Shown here: positions 14,595 to 28,693 of the stretch, piece by piece
Numbering within the stretch: the first letter of the stretch is position 1
How the letters are laid out: each line of letters begins with the position of its first letter
Source of the DNA: the human T2T-CHM13v2.0 reference genome, Homo sapiens
Assembly (NCBI RefSeq): GCF_009914755.1
Contig: NC_060936.1
Reading direction: 5' to 3' (one strand)
DNA length: 64,000 nucleotides
The notes under the pieces: model-generated
What the model saw: the letters and a program-made list of their open reading frames with translations, nothing else
The model's database searches: none
What the model was told of the DNA's origin: nothing
Position numbers and translations under genes: made by a program

Positions 14595-17500
14595 AACCCT
14601 AGTAATATGTATCCAGTTTGTAGTACGTTTGTGTGGGGGCATTATCTCCATGTGGTCCAAGGAAAGTGAGCTCTAAGCTCTTTTTAAAGAAACCTCCAGC
14701 GTCATACACTTCTCTTGTATTGATTTTATGCAGTTCAATAATGCCTATGCAATTACATGTTGATTTTGGAAAATGAAAAAAAATTTAATCTTTTAAACTG
14801 TTTTCTGCTTGTGAAATTGTTTTATGACTCCTGAAAGTGGCAAAAGGACAGTCATTTTTAATGGTTTTTCAGAATGAATTACACTGGTATTCTTTCTGAA
14901 ATACGCCCATGGCCCCAAACGTGTTCAATGCCTGTCCTTATTATTTGAAAAAATAACTCGGGTCAGGGACGTTTGTAGGTTATGATTTAATTAATGATTA
15001 TTCTGGCCCACATGACTGACCCACCATTACTAGCTGATGTTTTGAAATGTGATGTTTATGCAGTTTTATTTTGCAATGCTTTGGCACAAGTTTCAAGGGC
15101 CTGAGCATGTGGAAACAATGTGGCAGTGCTTTAAGGCATGCATGCAGGCACCGTGGTAAAGGAAGGGCAAGACAAGGAAGATCAGCTTCTATTTCAAGGG
15201 CTTCCTTTGTTTTTCTATTTCAACAGCCCCTTAAAATGTGTGTTGCATATTGTGAGCAGTAGAAGGAGATTTGGGTCCTAACAAATGGATGACTGACATT
15301 TTTCTGTGTGGCTAAGAGGTTGGTAGCTCAAACAAGGGACTTCTATGTCCTTTGTAAGGCAGCATTGTATCCCCTTCCCCAAAACTGTGCCCTAAAATAT
15401 AAATGTGAAAAAACAAAAAGAGTGCTGTCTATAGTCTGGATACTTCTTTTGTGTAAGTTTTTTTTGTTTTTTTATCATTGAAACCATAGGGCCAGTGCTC
15501 TGTGAGTCTAACTGGGTCTGCCATTTTTACTTGATAGAGGAAAGGTTGCAAGGAAAGCCTTGGCTCATGCAGGTTCAGTCTTTCTGATTGTGCTGTGCTG
15601 CTGTCATCTTGGACATTTGTGCCAGTGGCTGCCCAGAGAGTTAGAAAAGGTTATTGCTAATAGGCCCTAATTGTTTCATTTTCTTTTTAAAATGATAATG
15701 TAAAATTAGATAACCTCATATTAGTCAAGGACTCATGTTCTTACTTCAAGAACAGGTTTTTAGGCCAGACAGTTGTGAGTTCTTGGTGTTAATTGTAGTT
15801 GACTTTAAAATCTTACCCTCTTTTGTGCTTACTGGTGTTTGTACATCATTATTATTACTTTTTAAAAGTTTTTTTCTTAAGGTACAAAATTAGTTTAGCT
15901 ACATACTAGCTCTAAGAAGCATCTTTTAATAATAGTAGATATATGTCTGCCTGAAAATTTCCTTAGCATAATCTAAAAATTTTCAAGCCAATGTAATAGT
16001 ATTGGGATAATTTTTTTCACCCATAAATGTCAGTCTTTCATAAGCAATATAAGGTTTGGGAGGAAAATAGGTAATTTGAAAGCCTCATGTATGATTATGT
16101 GTTCATGTTGCTTTAATTACCATTATCTTAGAATCCAGAAAAAGGCTGTGAGTGAATGGGTCTGAAGTGTGTGGCATCCGTGTACTTGGGATGTAGTTAC
16201 CCAGAGCATTGGGGTAGGCTAGATAAATCCGTACACTTCTCAAGTTCCTAGTGTTGGTGAATTTACTTACTCTTTTCTTTTTGTTATTGAGTTAAAGTTT
16301 TAAGATTGTGTTTTTAATTGGATGTTAATGTTAGACCCAGCATTTTGAGTATTGGCAGGCATGTATATATTTTCAAGTGTAAGCGTGTTGCATTGACCAA
16401 ATTTCCAGAGTAATAAGTAATAAAACCACAGGTTTTTCAAAATGTTTTTTAAAAAGCTTTGTCCAATCCACCACTAACAAGAAACTTAGTGGTTCTTGAG
16501 GGTAACCCTTCACAGAAATAGGTGAAGAGTGGGCAGCAGGGACAGTCCCTGGAGCATCTGTGATCCCAACTAGGGTACCTACGGGACAGGAGTGCATGGT
16601 CATAAGACTGTCCTGCACATGAAGGACCTGGTGAGATGTCCACTTCCATGCACAACACTGTCAGCAGTGAGACCTGCCACCATGCACACAGCTTCTTATA
16701 GTAGGGAATTTAGGATTTAGAATGTACTGAATTCGCGTGTCCACTATGAAGCAATGCTTTCTGATTCTCACCATCCTTACTTGTGGGGGTGAAGAGAGGT
16801 GCTAGATGTCTGAGGTGTCTGTGGTTTCTTCCAACTTTTCCAACTGTCTGAGGGCTTGATGCTTTTCAATTCTTCAATACAACTTAAGACCTTACTGACA
16901 AGCTTGTATTTATGCTTGTAAATATGTAAAACTAACCTTATTTGGTTATTTCATGTAAAAGGATTATGTAGATGACAATATGAAACTTTGAACAAAGTGC
17001 TTAGAGTGATTCAAATCCATGAACATTGAGTAGGCAGCAAATCAACCAGCATTAGTTCAGCATACGCAGTCAAGTCTTTCTGCTCCTTCCTTTGACACAT
17101 TATGCCGGAATGTTGCCTGACATAACAAATTCAAACATGTAGACTCTAGACCTAATTAATGGCGATTAAATTTCTTAGTTTTTCATACTATGTTTTGTGG
17201 ACACATTCATTCTGCCTAGCCTAAATTGAGTCCTTCAGTTTCTTTGCTTTTGAGGTACAGATTTATAATCCATTTTTTGAAGTTAAGTATTTTTGGCCAT
17301 TGTGGTCCATTTGGCCCTTGAGCTGTCTGAGATGATGGAATACTAGGGATCTGAAGTGGAACAGCACCTGCAGATGCTGTCATTGCTAATGCTGCTATGT
17401 TCACATGTCCTTGGGGTTGAATCTGTTCGCATTTTTCACAATTTTGAGAAATAGATGTACTGAAAATTGCCCTCTTGCTTTCTCCCACAATGCCATATTA

Positions 17501-18929
17501 CCATGGGTGCAAGAAATGCTTGGAATGAGTTAATTGTATGCATCAGCACAATTTTGCATTGCTGTGTTAGATATACATTTACAGGATGAGGAGCCTGGAA
17601 AGCATGCGTGTGAACGATGTGAACTTACACAAAAGCTATAGCTCAAAGCTGGTTTCATTTGGCAGGCTTTTTCTCTATATGTGTGCCAATTGATTTGAGT
17701 ATCGGCAGCTGTTTCTTCTGAGTTGTCATCGTCTTCTGTTTTTATAACTGCTCTTGAGTTTCTGTAAAATAAAAAGGCAAACTTTTCATAAATTGGCAAT
17801 GAGTGGGTCTATGCAGGTTGATGTAGATTGTTGGAACCATTTCTGTATGGACTTAACCTTTTCTTGCTCAGTTGCTTGCACTTTAACCCCAGAAATAGCT
17901 TGATGGAGTTACATGAGGGCGCCTAGCATACCTTATTCTTAGAAAAGTTCCACGTTTTACAAATAACCACGGCTCTGTACGGCTAATTGTTCTTTTGTAA
18001 CAAACCTGTTGAATTTACTGACTTCCTGTGTAAGTAATAGTTCCTTCCTTCCTTGTCTGCCTAAATCCTGTGTTTTTTTTATTTTTACCAGTTTACTCGT
18101 CCTGAACTCAGATTAATGAAATTGTGAGACGTAGTATGTTCGCATAAGGCAAACAGACTGAATCTCTTGTATATTTTTAGATTCCTGTTATACATCCCTA
18201 GATGTTTATTTTCACATAATTTAAGGTCCCAATCTAAACAGGATTGTCTGCTTTTTAATGCCCTCATTTTAAAGAAGAACCTGAGGCCCATAAAGATTAA
18301 GCAGCTTTTCCAAGGTCAGGAAACCTGTGAGTTACAGAAACAGCTAATGTTGGGCATTGCATGTTGAATGCAAACACGTAGGGCAAGATCAGCTTAACAT
18401 CCTACACTGTTGTCTTTAAGAGGAGCACAACATTGGGGTGTTACCCTAAAATCCCACAGATGAAATTTTCAGTATGCCTAGGTGGAATACACCTTTGAAA
18501 GATGATTTTCTCCATAATCAAAGTCATAAGAAACAGTTTGTCATTATAAATACCAAGCTTTTAAAAAACATTAACTGCCAAGCCAATTGGATGCATATGT
18601 TTCTCAGCTTGCAGGCATTCTCCCTTCTAGCCCTATCTATATGTGAAGTAAAATGATCAGAGTGCTGCCTAGTCACTGTGGATCCCAAAGCAGGTGGGGG
18701 AGGGAGGAGCCTGAGGAACGACTATGGTCCACTCTAGGACATATCTGTCACCTGGGCAGCATCTAGCATTCCTGTTGTGGGTTAGTACAACTTTCCTGTG
18801 GGCCTTTCCACAGGTATACGACCCGCACTTGCATACTTAATCTCCCTTTCTTCTGCTCCCTGCACCAACCCACAGGCACCTCCTTGCCCAGGACCACCCC
18901 ACCCCCTAAGGAGACATTCACTGTCTTCA

Positions 18930-19680
18930 TTGTTAACGTTGCATTCATTCATCAGATATTTCTTGCACATTTACTCTATGCCATTCCTATTGCGATGTGG
19001 AGGATATGGCATTGAGCACAATGGGCAAGATGTTAGTGAAATTTACCTAGTAGTGGGAAGAGACAGAATACAAAAGTAAAGAGATAAGTAAACAACATAA
19101 TTTCAAATAGTGGCAGGTATGTGATGACAAAATGGGCTATGTTAAAGAGGGAGTTGAGGGTGGCAAACTTTATTTTTATTTATTTTTTATTATTATACTT
19201 TAAGTTTTAGGGCACATGTGCACAACGTGCAGGTTAGTTACATATGTATACATGTGTCATGCTGGTGTGCTGCACCCATTAACTCGTCATTTAGCATTAG
19301 GTATATCTCCTAAAGCTATCCCTCCCCCCTCCCCCCACCCCACAACAGTCCCCAGAGTGTGATGTTCCCCTTCCTGTGTCCATGTGTTCTCATTGTTCAA
19401 TTCCCATCTATGAGTGAGAACATGCGGTGTTTGGTTTTTTGTCCTTGCGATAGTTTACTGAGAATGATGATTTCCAATTTCATCCATGTCCCTACAAAGG
19501 ACATGAACTTGTCATTTTTTATGGCTGCATAGTATTCCATGGTGTATATGTGCCACATTTTCTTAATCCAGTCTATCATTGTTGGACATTTGGGTTGGCA
19601 AACTTTAGATTGGGTAACCAGCAGATGTTTATCTAGGGCAGTCCCATATAAGCTGAGACACAAATGATAAGGAGCCAGCC
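18930..19680. mobile_element. L2 fragment split by the L1PA insertion
   Basis: cattcattcatcagatatttcttgcacatttactctatgcca...; resumes after 19607. Confidence 0.6.
19173..19598 (-). mobile_element. L1PA2/L1PA3-like 3' end, 5'-truncated
   Basis: near-consensus L1 3'UTR; encodes ORF2p C-terminus QPKCPTMIDWIKKMWHIYTMEYYAAIK...; TSD tggcaaacttta at 19161-19172 and 19596-19607; GAG rather than the Ta-type ACA diagnostic. Confidence 0.97.
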
Positions 19681-19894
19681 ACGTGTAATCTGGTGCAGTG
19701 AAAGTGTGTTGCTGTTATCCTCAATTTATGGAGGTAGAAATAGAGGAAAGCCAATCGTCAGTATCGTATAAAAATCATGTTAAGTGAGTGCTACAAAGCC
19801 ACATTGCATGTTATCGTTACTTCTCTTTCAGGACTTAATCCCGAATGTGTGTTCTTTTTCAAAGTCACAGTTTATTGGGAGAGCATGGGAACGC

Positions 19895-20070
19895 ATTTAC
19901 CAGTGGTTAAGAGCAGCAGTTTTAAAGTTGAGCAGACCTGGGGCTAGCCTAGTCTCTCATACTAGCTACCTGGATGTCTCTAGGCCAGTCACTTAACTTC
20001 CTTAAACCTCATCTTCCCCATTTGTTAGAACTTGTGGGGTTATCCTGGGTATTAAGGAAGTTGTGTTCAA
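19895..20070 (+). mobile_element. MIR
   Basis: cagtggttaagagca...agtcacttaacttccttaaacctcatcttccccatttgt. Confidence 0.7.
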
Positions 20071-21879
20071 AAATTCAAGTTGTGCTGACAATGATGGGGA
20101 TTAATGTGATGTTCTCTTAGGGGCATCAGTAATAATCCCTGAATGTTGAAATATTTGCTACTCTTAGTAGTGAAAGCTTGGTAGGACTATTAGCCCTCAG
20201 ATTCATGTATTCAACAAATCCTTTCTTGGTGTTCACTCTGCCCTTGCTAGATTCTGGGTGAAGAGCAGTACCAGGACATGCTCTGCACTCACACCGTGCT
20301 CAGCTAAGAGTATCATTTGCATTCAGTGTGATTGACATAGCAGAGGAGGGATGAAGGGTACAGAGGGGAGGGGTTCCTCGGCTGTGCACGTGAGGTGCAG
20401 CTGGGAATTCTGATCTGAGGATGCTAAAGCAAGGAGATATGATGGGCCAGGAAGTGCAGTCTTTGGGCTAAGGCAGGGCAGGATATGCAAGTGGAGATAT
20501 TGCCTTGCACAGAAGTTTTTACTGTATCCTGTAAAGAATGAGGAATGTTTGAATAGTTTTAAAACATTTGGGAATAGATCTTCAGTTTTATAGTCTGAAA
20601 AGATAACTGGCAGTTTAAATGATGGAAATATGGGAGGGAACAATCTCCAAGGCAGCTGGAATTCTCTTCTTTATCTTTTTCATCCACAGCAAGTAGACTT
20701 TTTCTTTTATTATCACCACCACAATATAGTTGTCATATCTTATTCTTGATATTTAGATTCTAAAGCCAGCACAGAAAGCAAAACTTGGATGAAGTCAAAA
20801 AAGCTCTTGAAAAGTCCCTTAGGAAGGCATAGCTTTGTAGATCAACTCTCTTCTTGTTAAGTCCAACACTGCATGTGTGTTTTTTTAGCGTTAGAAGAGA
20901 TTGCTGCTTCTTGAGTTGAGCATGAGATATAATAATTACTTTGCTTGCATTTAGAGGTCATGCTATATGAAATAGAGTCCTAGAATTCAGCTCAGTGTGC
21001 TGAGACCTCACACTTTGAGAGTCACCAAGTGACTCATGTGAACCAAGAGGAATTGCAGGAGCAGCAGGTTCATGATTTCTGTCTGTCTTATTCCCACTAC
21101 AGAGCACATGAGCATTGGGTCAGATTGCCTGAACAACTTAAACTATTGCACCTGTGTTTGGGTGCGTGCGCACACACTATCACACACAGCTGTTTTCTGT
21201 ATCTGCAAAGTGTATATAGTTCACTTTGAAGCAAGTTAAGATGCAACTACTCTAATTGCAATATATACCAACTTTTGGTGTTTTCTATATGTCAGAGACT
21301 GCAAAGTATATTCATCATCCATCTAATCTTTAACTAATATTTGAGATAAGAGATTTATCCGCATTGAAAAAATACAAATGTTAGGAGGTATAGTACATAG
21401 GATTTCCAAGTTCACCAACATTAAATGATGAACTAGGAAAAATACCTCGATCTGTTCTGGCTTCAATTCTATGTTCTTAACTTTTATTCTCTTTTTTTTT
21501 TTTTTTTTTGAGTTAGCCATTCCATTAATCTAGGCAAAATAATAATATAGGAAACGTAACTACCACAGTAGCAGCGAGGGTACAGAAATAAGACTCTAAA
21601 GAGATGAAAAGAGAATTAATGAGAAATGTCTTTAAGAAGTCCTCAGGTGGTTAGTCATTGTCAAAGAACATAAATGGTTCAAAAAGGAAAAAGACACCAT
21701 TGACTAATAAATGAAAAAAATTCTGTACAACTAGCAATCACAGAAATACACAAAATATTCATGCTTATATCAGCAGAAATTTTCCAAATGCTTATATTTT
21801 GGATTGGCACCCTTGTATACTTCAGATGACACTCTAAACTGATGGAGTTTTTTGGAAAACAATTTGGTAAATAGGTTTT

Positions 21880-22290
21880 ATCTTAATCAGAGAACACATG
21901 GTTGCAAGAAATAGAATCCCCCTGTAATTTAAGAGAAAAGAGGATGTATAGAAACAACACAAAGGTGTCTCATGGAACCCAGGGGCAATAAATTCATCCA
22001 GGCCTTTCAAGGAGCTGGACCCTGGACAGCTACATCTCCATTCCTCTAGGTGTGTGACCTGTCAGCCCCACTACTCTGCCTGTGTGCCTCACGCTGTTTG
22101 CACTGGCCTCTTAGGATCCCTCTGTGAATGGCAGAAAACGTGGCCACCTCTAATCTCAGATTATACCCTTTCCAGTGCCCAGTAGAAACACATAGTTCTA
22201 ACTACAGATGTCCTGGAGAGACTCCAATGGGCTAAGCTTTGGTCATTGATTACCTTTGCTAGTCAGCTGTGGCCATGGAACACAGAAGTC
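21880..22290. mobile_element. MLT1-family (MaLR) LTR remnant
   Basis: ggttgcaagaaatagaatccc...ccaatgggctaagctttggtca...agtcagctgtggcc. Confidence 0.55.
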
Positions 22291-23562
22291 ACTTGACCTG
22301 TAATAAGCAAATAGAGTACAACTACTACATTATCAATAGCTTTAAAAATGTTTTTCACACCCATAATTCCAATTTTAGAAATCTACCACTAGTAAGTTGC
22401 TGAGTGATTCAGTGAATGATTTATCACATCATATCAGGTGTTTTAGTGGGAATGGGAAGAAGTGGGAAGCTAGTAACGTTCAACAATAGGAAAATAGCTA
22501 AATAAATTACTGTGCATTCATGGGATTGTAAGTTATACAACCATTAAAACATCTTCACAAAATGTGGGAAAATGCTCACAATGAAATGTTAAATGTATAT
22601 AATGTTGTATATGCTGTATTATGCTTTTTATATAACAATAAAAATACTAGAGGGAATTACTAGAAATTCTAGTAATAACACTAGTTATTTCTAGATTTTA
22701 GGATCACTTTTGTTTTGTTCTTTACAAGTTTTTTGAAGATTTTAAATAATGAACAATGACCTTATAGGAATTTTACTGTAATAAAAAAGTGAACTAATAT
22801 GAAATGCTCAAAAAAGACATTATAATCTAGTAGGGACGATAAACCTGTTGTAAGTAATAGTAACCAATGCAGGCTAGTATGTTATTTGTGTTATAGATTA
22901 TATAGTAAGAACTTAAGGATGAATTTCCTAGTAATTAGACTGTTTTACACATGGAATGTCCTGTTCAAGAACTATTTTCCTATCACTGGTGGTATTTAAA
23001 TATAAATTAGACAGATACTTGTAAGAGATATTGTAGACAAGATTCATCTATCAGGTACGTGGAACTAAATGACTTCAAAAGTATTCAACCCCGATGTTCT
23101 GTTGGGAATATAGAATTTACTTTGGAAAGAGTCTTTTTAAAGTGCTTAAGTGTTAGGGGAAGATACTGTAATGATACAAGCTGAGTACCTTTTATGAAAG
23201 AGGTGTGAAATTATATAGAAGTCATCAGAGTCTGTGGGATTAAGCAGGAGGATTGAGCCAGATCTTGAAGAGGGTGATAGGCAGGGACTAGATTATAAGA
23301 GGGAAGTTATTTTAAGGCTTAGGTAATGATTGGTGCTAAGGCAGAGTTAGGATTCAGCCAGTTATGGATGAGGGATAGTAACCAAATTGCTTGCCAAATG
23401 GCAGAGGCATTTATTTTCCTTGTTCACTCTCTAGTGAGATGAGCATGAAGCGGTGCAAAACTTAGATTGAACAAGAGAGCAAAGGGAAGCAACCATGGTA
23501 AATCTGCTTGCTTGTGGGCTTAATTATATTCTGGGAAGAAACACTTTAGGGCGATCGGTGTG

Positions 23563-23851
23563 ATATATATATATTTTTTGAGACAGAGTCTCGCTCTGTT
23601 GCCCAGGCTGGAGTGCAGTGGCGCGATCTCGGCTCACTACAAGCTCCGCCTCCCAGGTTCAAGCAATTCTCCAGAGTAGCTTGGGACTACAGGTGCCCAC
23701 CACCACGCCCAGCTAATTTTTTATATTTTTTTTAGTAGAGACGGGGTTTCACCGTGTTAGCCAGGATGGTCTTGATCTCCTGACTTCGTGATCCGCCCGC
23801 CTCGGCCTCCCAAAGTACTGGGATTACAGTTGTGAGCCACCGCGCCCGGCC
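23563..23851 (-). mobile_element. AluY with small internal deletion
   Basis: caagctccgcctcc, gttagccaggatggtc; lacks tgcctcagcctcc; TSD gat(c/t)ggtgtgat. Confidence 0.96.
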
Positions 23852-24088
23852 TGATTGGTGTGATTTTTATGTTTTGGTGGTTATGTTAAATGATGGCAGT
23901 AATAGTACATTAACAGCTGTGCTATAAAAATCAACCTACTTATTTAACTCACACATTAAAATTCTTTGAAACTACACAGAACTATAAAGGAACAAGGACT
24001 TTTAGTCTCACTGTGTGTTGTGTGGTCATCTTTTTTTTAAGTAAAGCAATATTAAAGGTATATTTTTTCTGTTCATTAGAAAAAGACA

Positions 24089-24138
24089 GTCTACAGCCAT
24101 ACCACCCGGAATGTGCTCAATCTCATCTAATCTCAGAA
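24089..24138 (+). pseudogene. 5S rRNA pseudogene fragment (nt 1-50), tailless
   Basis: gtctacagccataccacccggaatgtgctcaatctcatctaatctcagaa, 41/50 to human 5S 5' end as recalled, 6 of 9 changes at CpG; TSD agaaaaagaca 24078-24088 and 24135-24145. Confidence 0.92.
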
Positions 24139-24414
24139 AAAGACAAATTTCCACGAAGAGTAAGCTGATTTTAGAATTGAAACTCAGTTTAGCATTTTGT
24201 GTGAAGCTGATTCTTCCCCCTATTTAAAAAAATGGAATAGATGTAAAATTATTACTATAAAATGATTAATATTGCTTTTCTTTGAATTATTCTTTTTTAT
24301 GATTGTGTATATCGAAGTCTTTTTTGTGATGCTTCTCAACTTCTAAACAAATTCTGGTGAGTGATCCTAAACTGAAAGTTGTGGCTTGAGGGCTCGAAGA
24401 AGTAGAGTGCTTGT

Positions 24415-24737
<323 letters not shown>

Positions 24738-25234
24738 TCATTTAGTCTCAGCCTTCAGTTTCTGGTGCTACATCACTTGGGACTCACACGCCAAGCCCCT
24801 ATCAGGTTTTGTCACTGCCACCTTGTCACAGAAAATTGTCAGGGTAGTGGTTTCATCTCTTGGAAAGACCCAGGTGGGTGAGCAGCCAGTAAATCCAATA
24901 GCTTGCCTGCCTGAAATGCAGAGTTGATTGGAGACAGGCTGATCCAGGGCCCACCTCTTTCTCTCCTAGGGAGCATATATGTTTTAACAGTAGGAAAAAT
25001 TGAGTTATTTTGGCCACATGGAAGTGAAGAGCCTGTATTCTCAACCATCCAGAGCTATTTCTCTTAATTACTCAGAGGCGTAATACCTTTCAGAAAGGCT
25101 TTTTATTGTTTGTAAACCTTGGCAGAAAGAGGGAAGGGCATGGTATCTGCATAAAATTTCTAGTGGAGAATAGATGAAATGGAGTCTCCTCACATCAAAG
25201 TTAGGTAGATTTATATACTTATCCAGGCAACCTG

Positions 25235-26070
25235 GACATTCATTTAAACATTTAAGGGTTTATGTCCAAAGCTTTGCTGGGCCAATAAAGATACAGTCTT
25301 GCTTTCAGTAAGCTCACTTTAGAAACTACAATGTATGATGCAAGGTCATAATACTGTACAAAGGTACATGCAAAGTGCTGTGATTGCGCAGAGAGAAGGG
25401 AGGACTCATGGCCAGGCCAGGCAATCAGAAATACGTCACCTTGGAGATTTTAGGAGGAGGTAAGATCTACATGGTGAAGGGCATTTCATATCAAGGGAAC
25501 AGCACACATAAAAGCTTGAAAACTGTAAAATAATCATAGTTGTTTAGAATATAAGAAATTGGTTTAACTAGAGTGTTGGGATTAGGTGTAGGAGTGGAAT
25601 GGTTGGAATCTGTAAGATAAATGGCACCAGATTATGTTAGTCTAAACTGTAAGTCAGGTGTGGGACATGATCCAGTGAGCCGTGGAGGGAGCTCTCTGAA
25701 ATTTTTAAGCTGCCAGGCAACATGGTTCTTTATACATTTTGGGAAGATGACTCTGATGGAACTGCGGAGGAGGGGCTAAGGTTGCAAGGTGCAGGAGCTT
25801 TAGCATTTTGATGAGGAGCAGATGGTACAGGAGAAAGATGATGAGTCCTCTGAATTAAGACTGGCACAAGGATGTACAAGAGAGAAGGAATTGAGAAATT
25901 GTAGGAGTAAAAGTGCCAGGACTTAGTGATTAATTGGATGTGTAGATGGGGTAAAGGAGTGGAAAGTGTCAGGAACAGCTCTGAAGTTTCCAGCTTGGAT
26001 AGTTGGCTAGATGATGCATCATTGGCTAATATAAGGAATACTGTGAGGGAAGCAGACTTGGATCCTATGT
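25235..26070. mobile_element. L2 fragment
   Basis: cattcatttaaacattt...ggacttagtgattaattggatgt...gtttccagcttggatagttgg. Confidence 0.6.
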
Positions 26071-26696
26071 TTGCCTCAGGAACTGCAGTAAATACCTCAT
26101 CACCGGTTTATAATAACTGGTTTAAATGTATGTATGAAATTTGTATTCTTCACAATTTTGCAAATAAATACCATAGAAATCCAATATATTCATAGTCTGA
26201 TAAACAGTATTAGTTTCCCTTTTATGAAAAAGTAAAGTGTAACAATAAAAAGAAAATCAAATATTTCAAAGCAAACTTCCAGTTTCTCTTCATACATCAC
26301 ACTTCAAATTCTATACCTCTCTACCATTTAAAATTAATTGTTGCCTATCAACAGGTGACTGTACCCTTGCTGTACGGTGAAAGCAGAGAATAAAACAGGG
26401 ATCTTCTGAGCTCACAATATAACTTAGAAAAACTAATGGATATATATTCATGTTATCCAGTCAATCAGTTTGTTTAGTGATAGACATTTCAGTTATACAA
26501 TACAGAAGCAGTATGAATGTTGAGGCAAGAAATGGCCATAAGATGTTGGTTTTCTTTTTTTGAAATGTAAGAAGGAAGTATTTCAGTGTTAATTGGGCTT
26601 CTCAACTATATACCACTTTCCCAATAAACCTTTTCCCTCAGCCACGTTAGTCTTCTCTGAGCTCTTGAAGCCCTCATGATTTTTATCTATCATTAA

Positions 26697-27268
<572 letters not shown>

Positions 27269-28415
27269 AGGAACTATTTTACTCACCTTATATCCCCAGC
27301 TTTTGGCTCAGCACAGAACCCATACTAACATTTAGATTGAACAGAACTAAGGCTAAAGGAAAACTTTAAAGGAACTTATTAAAATTACCAATCCCATTTC
27401 AACAATGGGAAGATAAGGAGTGGCACAACACCATGGGATTAGAACAGGGACTATACCACCTTGCTCCAGCTCCACTGTCCCTGCTTCTGGAAAGGGCCCC
27501 ACTCCAATAAGGAGAATTCCACAGCTCCTGCTCAAATCTTGTGGTTCTTGCTCCATTCTTGTCCAGATTTCTCTGATTAGATTGGGTGCCATTGAAGGTC
27601 ATGGGTTTTTGTCCTGGTCATTGTTGTGCTCCCAGATGATTGCACAAAGCCCAGCAGATAGAATGTGCTAGATAAAGCACCTAATGGAAGCAATGAGGAA
27701 AAGAATGAGTCTTAAGCAGACTTCCTAAGGTGTTTGAGAATCACTAAGGAATTTGAAATGTATCATAGACCGTAGGGCTGAGTTACAATCAACAATAAAT
27801 AATCTTTTTAAATGAAACCAAAATCTTATTTTAAAATACATATTTGTTTTGGCTTGAAAATCTGCTCTCCTGCCTGCCCCTCCTGTTCTTTTCAGATATC
27901 TGCACTGACATTGAGCATTGCACATGCTGTGCCACTTCAAACAACTTCATTTCCTTGTTTCCTCTTGAATTAATTATGAACTGCCTATACCTCCTTTACA
28001 TAAGTGATAAAAGAGACATGGGCAGATGGAAACTGTATTTTTGCAGATATATGTAGGTACTTGTGTCTTTTGAATATAAAAATGATCAGGGATGGATATG
28101 GGCCAAAATCCCACAGAGGAAGATAGGATAAATTGAAAACTATGGTTTTGAATGCAATACACCTTTTAAAAGGGCAGGCAAATAAGCTTTCAACAAACGT
28201 GACAATCGTATTGAAGAAATTGAACCCAGTCTTCAACCAGTAACTTGATTTTAATAAATAACAAACTGTTAATCCCAAATTAGTGCATGATGTAATAACT
28301 AAAATTGCCAAAAGCAAAACCATTCTCAGAAACCAGGAGAAAAATAACAACAACAATTGGGGGGTGGGGGATTTCAGGTGATTAGAATTAGGCAGCAAAC
28401 TGGAACTAATTTCCC

Positions 28416-28693
28416 TTTTGCTTTTTAGACAGGATCTCACTGTTGTCCAGGCTGGAGTGGAGTGGCACAGTCAGTTTACTGCAGCCTTCACCTGCTCAGA
28501 CTCCTGAGCATCTGAGGCAGGAGGATTACTCCAGGTGTGCGCCACCATGCCTGGCTAATTTTTTAATTTTTTTTATAGAGAGGGAGTTCCACTCTGTTGC
28601 CCAGGCTGGTCTCAAACTCCCAGGCCCAAGCGATTCTCTTATCTCAGCCTCCCAGAGTGCTGGGATTACAGGCATGAGCCACCATGCCTGGCC
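28416..28693 (-). mobile_element. AluJ with rearranged right arm
   Basis: antisense Alu containing sense-oriented ctgaggcaggaggatt at 28512-28527. Confidence 0.9.

Noticed and set aside
16676-16720. Perfect gccaccATG Kozak
   Set aside because: The ORF closes after about 12 codons and has no splice donor.
19397-19663. 88-aa ORF with real protein similarity
   Set aside because: C-terminal remnant of L1 ORF2p in a truncated element.
27985-28440. Longest ORF (151 aa, minus strand)
   Set aside because: Non-ATG start inside an Alu end, AT-rich biased composition, no recognisable domain.
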